Origin: a virus | DNA: 64,000 nucleotides | Reading direction: 5' to 3' (one strand) | IMG/VR virus record: IMGVR_UViG_3300031251_000010 | Coordinates: 11,810-75,809 of that record | Shown: piece by piece, positions 54,009 through 62,719 of the stretch | Layout of the letters: every line of letters starts with the position of its first letter | How positions within the stretch are numbered: the first letter of the stretch is position 1 | Translations under genes and position numbers: made by a program | The notes under the pieces: generated by a model | What the model was told of the DNA's origin: nothing | Seen by the model: the letters and a program-made list of their open reading frames with translations, nothing else | Database searches by the model: none

Positions 54009-54368
54009 TCAGGTCTTGGTTTGAATCCTTCGTAACGCCGCGATCAGCTTCACGAATGCGTACGCCAACCCCGCGTACAGAAGCCCGCGAACATGGCCCC
54101 GCCACGGGTAGTCCTGTCCCCACCACGCCGAGACCGAGTTCTGGGTAAGGACGAGCGACAATGCCAGGTAGATACACACCGTTACTCGGCCAACTGGGCG
54201 CGCCCACCACGTAGACCGCAGCAGGTAAAGCAGGGTGAAAATCCACGACAGCGACGCGGAGACCGTGAGCGCGATGTCCGCGACGGTGTCGGGCTTCGCC
54301 CAGATCGTCGGTAGGAACGCCAACGCCGCGACCGCCGCCACGTGTCGCAGACGTACCGGGTTTCTCAT
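54009..54368 (-). CDS. Membrane protein (holin-like, lysis accessory)
   Basis: 3-4 TM; at the end of the lysis cassette. Confidence 0.7.
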   Translation of the reverse strand: MRNPVRLRHVAAVAALAFLPTIWAKPDTVADIALTVSASLSWIFTLLYLLRSTWWARPVGRVTVCIYLALSLVLTQNSVSAWWGQDYPWRGHVRGLLYAGLAYAFVKLIAALRRIQTKT

Positions 54369-54565
54369 CGAGCCAGCCTCCGTCTCATCGTCCGCTCGAA
54401 CGCTTCCGCAAACCCGTTGGCTTCAATGAGCCTTTCGGCGCGGCGCTCCATTTCTGTGGCCTGTTCCAAACGCTCTTGCGCTTCATCGCGACGCACCAGC
54501 GCCTCCTCGACACCAGCCCCATCCGGGCTTGGCCGCTTACCCCACTTCAGGTTTCGCCATTTCAT
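54365..54565 (-). CDS. Small coiled-coil lysis-region protein
   Basis: ...LIEANGFAEAFERTM motif; coupled. Confidence 0.65.
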   Translation of the reverse strand: MKWRNLKWGKRPSPDGAGVEEALVRRDEAQERLEQATEMERRAERLIEANGFAEAFERTMRRRLAR

Positions 54566-54882
54566 GGCCGCTCCTGCATGGACTCGATGGCCCTTACCGC
54601 GAGCTGGGCTGGGGCCGCGTACTTATCCACGGCCCCGGCCAGCTTGCCGGTGGCTTCGCGGAGGAATTTGATCTCGTCGTCCTTCGACGTAACGATCTTG
54701 TCCACAGTGCCTTTCGGCACAAGACGGCCAGTGATCACCGCCCAAACCACCGCCGTGGACAGGAAGAGAAAAGCCCCGGCGAACATGAAATCGTCGGGGC
54801 TATTGAGCAGAGGCGACATTGGCCCAAGCGCGAACATGTAGTCCTCTCCGGGCCGGTTCAGTAACCGCCACATCGCCCTCAC
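54562..54882 (-). CDS. Membrane protein (lysis region)
   Basis: TM followed by ITGRLVP; coupled. Confidence 0.65.
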   Translation of the reverse strand: MRAMWRLLNRPGEDYMFALGPMSPLLNSPDDFMFAGAFLFLSTAVVWAVITGRLVPKGTVDKIVTSKDDEIKFLREATGKLAGAVDKYAAPAQLAVRAIESMQERP

Positions 54883-55869
54883 CTACGCAGCCACCAACGC
54901 CTCTAGGCGCTTGGTCGCAACGTCTCTCATGTGCTTGATGCCGTACTGCCAGTACGTCATCCCCGTCCCCGGGCACTCATTCACGTGGTACGTGACGTGC
55001 GGGCCGGTACCTCGAACTACGAACAGGCCGCCGTTCCAGATGGCCTTACCCAGTGCCGGAATCTCCCTGCCCGGATTGGTGATCAGCTCCAACAACTGCT
55101 CGGGAACACTGTCTTTGCCAGTCCAGCGGCGGAACACCGCATTGAAGATGGCGCGTTCCATCTCCCCCACGTCCCCGTCCGGGCAGGTGGTGTACAGGTC
55201 GCCGCGCTGCGCCAGGTTGATGCAGAACGGCTCGGCAATGATCTCCAGCTGTGGGTCGATCCCGTGGCCACCGGGATCGCCGTTGCCCGCGTAGGAGCCT
55301 GGGGGCCGCATCGGGTTACCCCAACTCGCGGAGGCGATGAAGTCCCTGTATCTGGACCGAAGGTCACCATCACGAAGCCGGTTTCGGATACGCCCGCCCA
55401 CGATGCTGCCCTGGCTGTAGTCGAACATCGCGAACGGGCCGGGGCAGATAGTGCGGTCGTTGATGAGGCTGAACAGCTCAGCCTCACCCTGATTCACGGA
55501 GCCATCCATCGGCACCGCTGTCGCCGGGTAGTTGCCGACCGGCTGCCACCAATACAGATCCAGGCATTCCCGCGCGGCGTCCGCCGGCAGGCCAATACCG
55601 AACGGGTCCGCTTGCCCTGTCCCGTGAACAGAGAACAACGTCGGAAACACTCCGAGTCGATGCAGGTCCGCATCCGTGACGACGCCGGTCTGGGGTTGTC
55701 CGGTGCGGCGTTGGTACTCGCGTTGCACCTTCTCGTCGTCGTAGCCGAAGTACGAGTCAACCTTCAGCTGGGAACCGTTCGCTGATACCGCGTACACCCG
55801 ATAGCGGTTGACCATCGTCTTCTGCCAGGCCGCCGTTACGAGGCCGTTCGAGCTGACGTGGAGGGGCAT
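54883..55869 (-). CDS. lysB: Lysin B (mycolylarabinogalactan esterase, cutinase-like)
   Basis: N-terminal PG-binding (DSYFG..QREYQRRTG..TG), SVHGTG, YSQGS, WGNPMR, GDLY, H.TY. Confidence 0.88.
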   Translation of the reverse strand: MPLHVSSNGLVTAAWQKTMVNRYRVYAVSANGSQLKVDSYFGYDDEKVQREYQRRTGQPQTGVVTDADLHRLGVFPTLFSVHGTGQADPFGIGLPADAARECLDLYWWQPVGNYPATAVPMDGSVNQGEAELFSLINDRTICPGPFAMFDYSQGSIVGGRIRNRLRDGDLRSRYRDFIASASWGNPMRPPGSYAGNGDPGGHGIDPQLEIIAEPFCINLAQRGDLYTTCPDGDVGEMERAIFNAVFRRWTGKDSVPEQLLELITNPGREIPALGKAIWNGGLFVVRGTGPHVTYHVNECPGTGMTYWQYGIKHMRDVATKRLEALVAA

Positions 55870-56261
55870 CAGTTGCCCGGCAGGATCTGGTCCAGTGCCT
55901 GCCTAGCGAGGGGCCCGACACCCGGAACGCTGCCGAACGCGTCACCGGCTACCTTCTTCACGCGGTCGAGGTCAGCTTGCGCCTGCGCGGCGGTATCGAT
56001 CAGTACCGGTATGCCGTTGAGGACCTGGTCCACAGGTGAGGCCGCCGGGTCGAGGGTTCCCTTCTTGAGCTGCTTACCCAAGACGACGCCAGCGGCGCCC
56101 GAGCCGACAGCACCGATCAGTGAGCCGAAGGTGACGACGAGGTTATTCCACTGGCTTCCTTGGTCCGTGCTGAGGACACCGACCGCAATCAGGATCGGAA
56201 CAACAGCGCCGACGAGGCCGGAGAGCAGGTAGTAGTATTGGCGAATTTTGTCGGTTATCAT
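55869..56261 (-). CDS. Holin
   Basis: 2 TM helices; between lysin A and lysin B. Confidence 0.8.
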   Translation of the reverse strand: MITDKIRQYYYLLSGLVGAVVPILIAVGVLSTDQGSQWNNLVVTFGSLIGAVGSGAAGVVLGKQLKKGTLDPAASPVDQVLNGIPVLIDTAAQAQADLDRVKKVAGDAFGSVPGVGPLARQALDQILPGN

Positions 56262-57730
56262 GACGCTCCGTTCTGTGAGATAAATGCCTGTAGTAGTGCA
56301 GGATTCGTTGACTCCAGGTAGGCCAGGCCCTCTTGGAGGTATTCGGTGGGGACCTTCTTCAACATCCGCTTGGCGTTAGCGATGAAAGCGGGCGTGGTGT
56401 TGGCGCCGAGCCCGGCTGCCGATCGGACGAGGCGTCGAATTGAATCGAGATCGCCGACCTGGACGGCCTTCCACTCGGTGAATAGCTCGTGGATCATCAG
56501 ATCCTTGTTGCGGTCGATTCGGCACCAGGTTCCGATCTTCCCTTCGTCGGGATCGCGGTAGCCGGAAAGGGATTCGTGTTCCTGGGTCTGCTCCTGGAAC
56601 ACACGATCCCACTGGCCTTGTGGCACTTGGGCCATGTCGTCTCCTTCCTGAAGTAGTTCGAGTAGCCGGTCACCTAACGCGAGTGCGCGGTTGTACCGGG
56701 TTTGGCGTTCGGGCAGGCCGTTGTAGCCGCCGTTGATGAGGTAGGTGACCCCGTTCAGGTCACCCCGGTCGCATAGCGCGTTGATGTTGGCCCGGGCTAC
56801 GGTCCAGTACCAGGCCGGGCCGAGACCTGCGTACTGAAGTTCGGCGAGCTCTTGTGGGTGGTCCACGAAATATGTTGGTGTGGAGCACAGGCCACGGTCA
56901 TAAGCCCAGCGGGAGAAGCCAGCGTAATTCGTAAGCCACGTAATTTGGATCCAGGTGCGTCCGAGGTACTTCCATCGCTCGGTAACCCCACCATCGCCCT
57001 TTTCGTACTCTTCAGTGGCATTGAAGTTGTCCGATTCGTGGCCAATTTGCGCCAGCCACATGGCGATACGGCGGGGGCTCACGCATTCACTCAGGCGTAG
57101 ACCCTCCGCGATTTGCGGAAGGATCAGCGATGCACGGCTGAGCGTCAGGCCTGTTGCCTCAGCGAGAACCTGTGCGGTCCAGCTGCCGTCGCTGCTTCCC
57201 CGCTGGTATGTCGAGAACCCGTCAGCTCGAATGAATTTCGCTATGAACTCCCGGCACAGGTCTTGGTTAGTGTATGTCCCGTACCCGATCTGGAAATGCA
57301 TGCTGTCTTTCGGGGTGGACCAGTCGTTGCCCCAGAAGACGAGTTGCACGCCCTTGTACGTGTAGAACTTGAGTAGTTCCCGTATCGCGGGTACTTGATC
57401 GCCAGGAATGAGGCTGGAGCCTTTCCACCCGGCGGCGGGGTCACCGGCCTCCGGCCCCATGGGGTGATCGGTCCAGTTGTAATCAAATGCCGTGCCACCC
57501 AGATGGTTAGAAGTGTCAACACTGTTCGTGGGTGTCCAGCCGCCTTCATCGGTACCGCCCCGAGAGTTGTAGACAGATTCGACGCGGGCGTTCAAGTCCG
57601 CCGCGAATGCTTTCAGGATGATGTTCGGTATGCCGCGTTGCAGCGGGACACTGACGTCTGTGCCCGGAATCGGGTTGGCGTCGCATTCCGCGATACTGCA
57701 CGAGGGCCAGCCATTTTCGGTGATCATCAA
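56258..57730 (-). CDS. lysA: Lysin A (M15-like peptidase + GH19 glycoside hydrolase)
   Basis: ENGWP, SNHLGGTAFDYNW, DSMHFQ; AMWLAQIGHES, YLGRTWIQIT, INGGYNGL. Confidence 0.93.
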   Translation of the reverse strand: MMITENGWPSCSIAECDANPIPGTDVSVPLQRGIPNIILKAFAADLNARVESVYNSRGGTDEGGWTPTNSVDTSNHLGGTAFDYNWTDHPMGPEAGDPAAGWKGSSLIPGDQVPAIRELLKFYTYKGVQLVFWGNDWSTPKDSMHFQIGYGTYTNQDLCREFIAKFIRADGFSTYQRGSSDGSWTAQVLAEATGLTLSRASLILPQIAEGLRLSECVSPRRIAMWLAQIGHESDNFNATEEYEKGDGGVTERWKYLGRTWIQITWLTNYAGFSRWAYDRGLCSTPTYFVDHPQELAELQYAGLGPAWYWTVARANINALCDRGDLNGVTYLINGGYNGLPERQTRYNRALALGDRLLELLQEGDDMAQVPQGQWDRVFQEQTQEHESLSGYRDPDEGKIGTWCRIDRNKDLMIHELFTEWKAVQVGDLDSIRRLVRSAAGLGANTTPAFIANAKRMLKKVPTEYLQEGLAYLESTNPALLQAFISQNGAS

Positions 57731-57861
57731 TAGCTCGCTTCCATTTCGTGCTTGGACTCGTACACGAACAAGGCGACACCGACCGCAACACCGAGAAGGG
57801 CGCCGCTGACGACACCGCCGATGATCACGAGCGTGTTAGAGACTCGCGATTTGCTTATCAT
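57727..57861 (-). CDS. 44-aa single-TM protein
   Basis: MISKSRVSNTLVIIGGVVSGALLGVAVGVALF; GGAGG RBS; stop overlaps the lysA start. Confidence 0.55.
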   Translation of the reverse strand: MISKSRVSNTLVIIGGVVSGALLGVAVGVALFVYESKHEMEASY

Positions 57862-57878
57862 GTTGTCCTCCAAAGGTT

Positions 57879-58076
57879 TCAGGGGAGACGCCACAGGACT
57901 AGAGCGCTAAACAGGACAGCGCGGCGGTGCGGCCACCTTGCGGCTCCGCCACCTCGGCAGGGATGATCGATCACGGGCCGCTCACAGATCGGACAGCGGT
58001 CCTCGGGGTGGCTCTCGTTGAAGCCGGGGAGGTCGGTTCCGTACTCGTCGCAGAGCGCGAGTACTTCCCGAATCAC
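57879..58076 (-). CDS. Small hypothetical protein
   Basis: Coupled ORF; CPIC. Confidence 0.5.
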   Translation of the reverse strand: MIREVLALCDEYGTDLPGFNESHPEDRCPICERPVIDHPCRGGGAARWPHRRAVLFSALVLWRLP

Positions 58077-58423
58077 AGCCCAGCGCGCCGTATCTCGTCG
58101 GACACGAAGAGATCGCCGTTCTTTATGGGCCGGATGTCGACAACAGTTCGAATATCGAATACGAGTGGATGTTCAGGTTGCGACATTCCCACCGGGGCGC
58201 CGCCTTCGGGCTGCATCCAGTACGTGAAGAACGGGTACCGTCCGGCGGGGACATGGACAAACGCCGAGCCCTCAATGCTGCCGTTTGGCACTGGCTGCCA
58301 GTCGATCTGGCCGCGCCGGTATTCGGGGTGCAACGGCTCGCGGCCATCCTCACCGGCCATCCCGATGTACACGGGCCAGACGACAACCCGGAGTAGCCCA
58401 TCGGCTTCCGCCGGGGCGGTCAC
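58073..58423 (-). CDS. Tail-region hypothetical protein
   Basis: EP.HPEYRRGQI.W...VHVPAG. Confidence 0.65.
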   Translation of the reverse strand: MTAPAEADGLLRVVVWPVYIGMAGEDGREPLHPEYRRGQIDWQPVPNGSIEGSAFVHVPAGRYPFFTYWMQPEGGAPVGMSQPEHPLVFDIRTVVDIRPIKNGDLFVSDEIRRAGL

Positions 58424-58770
58424 ACGATGCCCAAGGATGGGGTGAGGACCAAGTTCCCAGGGGTGGAGAAAATGGCTTGCGTGACAGCGCAGTTGTCGAT
58501 CATGTTGGCGGCGCCGACCGTAGCAGCGGATGCCAAGATGGCGTAGTTGATGGTCACATTTGGAACGGGAAGTGTGACGGCGCTGCCGGATACGTTGCCG
58601 CCGCTACCGGAAGTGTAGGTAGCCTGAGCACGGGCGTAGCCGCCACCGCTGACCTCGCTGGCTGGGGTCTGGGTGACACCTGGGTCGTTGGTGGCTGCTC
58701 CAATCCAGCTGCCGAGACCCTTCCATGCGTCGGCGAGGGACTGCCGTGTCTGGGGGACCTTGATTGACAT
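58420..58770 (-). CDS. Minor tail protein
   Basis: DPG....ASEVSGGGYAR motif. Confidence 0.75.
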   Translation of the reverse strand: MSIKVPQTRQSLADAWKGLGSWIGAATNDPGVTQTPASEVSGGGYARAQATYTSGSGGNVSGSAVTLPVPNVTINYAILASAATVGAANMIDNCAVTQAIFSTPGNLVLTPSLGIV

Positions 58771-58783
58771 GAGGATTACCTCT

Positions 58784-59941
58784 CTATTGGTATGCGCGGC
58801 ACCAGGCTTGGCCGTTACCGCCTAGTCCGCCCTGGGTACGTGAGCCGAAGATTCCGCCGTTGCCTCCGGCACCTCCGGCGCCCGGCTGGGCTCCGGCGCC
58901 CGCGTTGCCTGTCCCCCCGTTGCCTCCGGTGTAGGGGACGCCTTGGAAGGTGAAGTTCCCTGGTACGCCACCGTTCTGGCTGGACTGGGTGCCGCTGCCG
59001 CCCGCTGCCGTCAGGGTGATGGTTTGGCCCGCGAGATTCTGGTAGGTGAGTACTGTGTTCGCGCCTGCGGTGGGTCCGGCGTTATCGCTGTTGGCGGGCC
59101 GCGCCCCACCACTTCCGACATTGAGCGTTAACGTGGTCGCGGTCCACGGGATATCGACCCCGCGCTCCAGCCGGACTGCTTGCCACTGGCCGGGGTTTCC
59201 GCCCTTACCGGCGGTGCTGATTGCACCGTTACCGGTTTGGCCCGAGGCCCCTCCCCCGATGAAGACGACATCGATGTACCTGCACCAGTAAGGGATGTTG
59301 TAGGTACCGTTGCCGGTGCTGCTGAAATTCTGTGTAGCCGGAGACATGGCCGGGAAAGCTGCTCCGCAGGCCATACTCCCGGCGCCTGCGAACGCTGCCC
59401 CGAGTTGGTACTTCTGCGCGACCTGCGTCGCCAAGGTTCCTACGCCGGTAAGTGCCGCGCCGAGCGCGTACGCCTGCGACACCTGCGCGGCCATCGTGCC
59501 CGCCGCCGAGAACACTGCCGGGCGGAGAAACTGCTGGAGCAGCTGCACCGAGAGGGTTCCCGCCGCCGCGAGCTGGGCGATGCGATCGAGGCGGACCCTG
59601 GCGTCGGCGGCCATTGTTCCCGCGCCGGACATGTCGGCTTGCCTCGTGTAGATCTGTCGGATGTCGGCGGCGAGGGCGCCTGCGCCCACGAATTCCGTTG
59701 TCGAGTTGTATATCTGGGCTACCTGCGCCGACATGATGCCCGCACCTGCCATGTCGGCGCCGATGGTGTATACCTGCCCGACCTGGGCCGCCATGTGACC
59801 CTCGGCCTGGAATGTCCCTGTGCGCTCGGGTATCCAAAACCAACTCTGTGAAGGCCTCTGCGGTTCAGAGGGGGCAGGCTCTTTCCACCAACTTCGCTGC
59901 GGCTCAGGAACTTCCGCAGGTGGGTTGGGAGACCAGGGCAT
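58784..59941 (-). CDS. Minor tail/fiber protein with 20-aa repeats and Gly-rich C-terminal domain
   Basis: Seven GxMAAQVxQxY-type repeats; YNIPYWCRYIDVV.IGGG. Confidence 0.8.
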   Translation of the reverse strand: MPWSPNPPAEVPEPQRSWWKEPAPSEPQRPSQSWFWIPERTGTFQAEGHMAAQVGQVYTIGADMAGAGIMSAQVAQIYNSTTEFVGAGALAADIRQIYTRQADMSGAGTMAADARVRLDRIAQLAAAGTLSVQLLQQFLRPAVFSAAGTMAAQVSQAYALGAALTGVGTLATQVAQKYQLGAAFAGAGSMACGAAFPAMSPATQNFSSTGNGTYNIPYWCRYIDVVFIGGGASGQTGNGAISTAGKGGNPGQWQAVRLERGVDIPWTATTLTLNVGSGGARPANSDNAGPTAGANTVLTYQNLAGQTITLTAAGGSGTQSSQNGGVPGNFTFQGVPYTGGNGGTGNAGAGAQPGAGGAGGNGGIFGSRTQGGLGGNGQAWCRAYQ

Positions 59942-60148
59942 CTATTCCTCGGCGGCGGGTGTGGGGTTGAGGAATTCGAGGTATTCCTCGGCGCTGCCCT
60001 GAACGGTGACGGTGTACGGTCCAGCGAAGGTCATTTCGACACCGTCCGCAACGTTGCGCATGCCCAGAGTCAGCGGTTTGAACCACACGTCTGAGCCGTC
60101 GAGTCCCTTAGCCTTGATAAAACCGCTGTTGTCCTGCTCGAAGTTCAT
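59942..60148 (-). CDS. Small tail-region protein
   Basis: AAAGGGG RBS; in operon. Confidence 0.6.
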   Translation of the reverse strand: MNFEQDNSGFIKAKGLDGSDVWFKPLTLGMRNVADGVEMTFAGPYTVTVQGSAEEYLEFLNPTPAAEE

Positions 60149-60157
60149 TGTTCCCCT

Positions 60158-62719
60158 TTACAGTTGGCTTCGGTTGAGCAGCGAAAGGGACAGGTAGGTC
60201 GCTGTGCCCGCAGCATCCCCGGTAACCTGCCGGTTCGCTGCATTGGACCCGATGACCTGGCCGCCGCGCACAACGTCACCGGTATTGAGGTAGACGACGA
60301 ACGAGTCCGACAGCGCCAGAACGGGAACGCGCAAGTCAATGCTTCCGTCACTGGAGTTCGATCTCGAATACTGCTGCGACAGACCTAATTTCGTCGGTGT
60401 GGTGGTGCTATTGATGAATAGTGCCGGGCTCGCTTGCCCAGAGCTATTGAGAGAGCTTGTGTCGATGTTCGACTTGGTGGATAGTTTCGCCAGATACCAT
60501 CCGCTCAAGGACACCGTCATCGTTCCGTTCGGCAGGCTGCACGTGATGTCGGGAGTCGCCGCCTGAACGACGGTGTAGAAACTGCTCGGCAGTACGGTCG
60601 TGCCTGTCGCTACCGTGACGGCTGTTGCGCTGGTGCGGGCCATCACGGCACCGGAACCCAAATAGATGGGTTCGACGTAGTCCGACAACGTGATTGCCGC
60701 AACCCGGAAGCTGTCGTAGGTGGTGGTCCCTTGGAACCATCCGTTGTTCACGGTGGCGCGCTGCACCACGAATCCGCCGCCGTATCGAGTGGTTCCACCG
60801 AACGGCACTGCCGAAGATGTGGACGAAAGAACCGTATTGCCGCCCACGGTGAGCGTCCATGCTGTGCCGACGTTGTGCACCTCGACCAGGGAGCCTTGCC
60901 CCAGTGTTCCTGACCAAGACCCGCCCGAGAACGGCGTGAATGTGATGCTGGCGCCCGAGCGGGTGTAGCTGCCGATTGTCGCACTGCCGTTGTCGATCTT
61001 GAGGCAAGCGCCCGCCGTGTATCCCGAATCCGAGTGGAACAGATGATATTCGGGAACGTTGGGCGATCCACCCTGGTCTCCCAGTACGACGGCCAGGCTC
61101 TCATCGTCCGAGCTGTACTGCTTGTTGCAGGTGACGAAATAGCTGCCGTCAGACTTAGAGGCGGCGATACCCGCGTACCCGTTGTTTCCGCGTACTTTCA
61201 GGTCAGAGCCGGTGAACTCGGCAGGTAAGGCGGCCCCGTCGGCGCCACCAAACACCGTGGTGTAGTTCAGTCCACCGCCAGCTGCGTTCTGCTGCCCCTG
61301 CGACTTGGCCAGCTGTGCGTTGGCCGCTGCCGCCGCCGCTGCCGCCTGCGCGGCGATCTGCGCGACTTGGATCGCCTGGTTCTGGGCCTGCAAGTTTGTG
61401 AAGTTAGAACCGATGGCGCCGAGGCCATTTGCAATCGCATCGCGCACGGCATTGAGTCCGGTCTGCGCCTCAGAGATAGCGCCTGTGATCGCTGACCCGG
61501 CGAGCTGTCCTGAGCTGTTCAGACCTTGAGTCTTGTTGTTGTTCCCGGCAAACCAGTCCTTGATGGCCTGTGTGATTGGGTCGGTGGCAGTGATGGCGCT
61601 GCCTGAAAGTATGTGCCGTAGTTGATCGAGCCAACTGTTGATATCGGGTAGGTCGGTGACTTTGTTTTGCGGCAATAACGGGATATTGCCGAGCCCAAGG
61701 AAGCCGAAAATTTCCGAGGCATCGACCTTGCCGTCAGCGGTAATCGCCTGGAGTCGGCTTGTGATATCCCCGATCTCGGCATTGATCTTGCCGCCGACAG
61801 AGTCGAAGAACTCTGTGAAGCGGTCTAGGCCGACTTTTTCGGCGAGCTGAGCGAAGGCGTCACCGATGTCGTCGGTGAACTGCTGGAGCTGGCCAACAAG
61901 GTCCTGCACGTAGTCCAGTGGCAGCTTGCCTACCTTGATGGCGCTGGCATCATCGAACCAAAGCAGCCCGCCGGTAGCGTCTGCCGTGACTTGAAGGCTC
62001 ACCCGGATTGCATCCACGCCTGCCGGCACTTGGAAGGAGCCGGTGAGGTGTTCCCAGGTGGTGGAGTTGGCGGTCGTCGGCTGAAATGAAGCGATGACGG
62101 TGCGGACTGGCTGCCCGCCCGACATCACAGGAGCGTCGTTCAGGTAGTGCGAAGCGATGAGCCGTATCGGGTTGGTTCCGGCGGACGCTGAGAAACTGGA
62201 CCACTGGGCCCATGACTCCAGGGTCATCTTCTGCCCTGCGACAACCGGGATGTCGTTGGAGTGCAGTATCTTCATCACGCCGGAGACGACGGTCTTCACT
62301 GATCCGAGAGGCCCTGAGCGGCCTACTGTCCCGTCCCAGGCCCAATCCGGGTTGTCTTGAAGGGTCTTGGCGTCATCGAATCCGCCGTTGAGGATCAGGT
62401 TCGGGAACCACTCCCCGATCTGCGATAGCGGAATCAGGGGCAGCAGGCCGGGTTTAATCCAGGAGAGCACGTTGGAGAGGGAGTTCTGGAAGTCCTCCAG
62501 CCAGTTCACGATCTCCGGTATCGGGTTGGTTGCGATTCCGAGGAGGGTGTCGATGAGCCGTTTAAGTTCGGCTTGCACCTTCTCGTTGAGCTGCGCGATG
62601 GCCTTGCCGACATCCTGGACGTTCTTGCCCAACACCGAGGCCGGGTCCTGCGCGAGCTGATTGGTCGGGTCGTAGTCCGTCTTGAAGCTCTGTGGGACGA
62701 GATCGACCGCGCGTGGCAT
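60158..62719 (-). CDS. Minor tail protein (with carbohydrate-binding-like domain)
   Basis: MPRAVD, NLILNGGFD, VPAGVDAIRV..LWFDDAS. Confidence 0.85.
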   Translation of the reverse strand: MPRAVDLVPQSFKTDYDPTNQLAQDPASVLGKNVQDVGKAIAQLNEKVQAELKRLIDTLLGIATNPIPEIVNWLEDFQNSLSNVLSWIKPGLLPLIPLSQIGEWFPNLILNGGFDDAKTLQDNPDWAWDGTVGRSGPLGSVKTVVSGVMKILHSNDIPVVAGQKMTLESWAQWSSFSASAGTNPIRLIASHYLNDAPVMSGGQPVRTVIASFQPTTANSTTWEHLTGSFQVPAGVDAIRVSLQVTADATGGLLWFDDASAIKVGKLPLDYVQDLVGQLQQFTDDIGDAFAQLAEKVGLDRFTEFFDSVGGKINAEIGDITSRLQAITADGKVDASEIFGFLGLGNIPLLPQNKVTDLPDINSWLDQLRHILSGSAITATDPITQAIKDWFAGNNNKTQGLNSSGQLAGSAITGAISEAQTGLNAVRDAIANGLGAIGSNFTNLQAQNQAIQVAQIAAQAAAAAAAANAQLAKSQGQQNAAGGGLNYTTVFGGADGAALPAEFTGSDLKVRGNNGYAGIAASKSDGSYFVTCNKQYSSDDESLAVVLGDQGGSPNVPEYHLFHSDSGYTAGACLKIDNGSATIGSYTRSGASITFTPFSGGSWSGTLGQGSLVEVHNVGTAWTLTVGGNTVLSSTSSAVPFGGTTRYGGGFVVQRATVNNGWFQGTTTYDSFRVAAITLSDYVEPIYLGSGAVMARTSATAVTVATGTTVLPSSFYTVVQAATPDITCSLPNGTMTVSLSGWYLAKLSTKSNIDTSSLNSSGQASPALFINSTTTPTKLGLSQQYSRSNSSDGSIDLRVPVLALSDSFVVYLNTGDVVRGGQVIGSNAANRQVTGDAAGTATYLSLSLLNRSQL

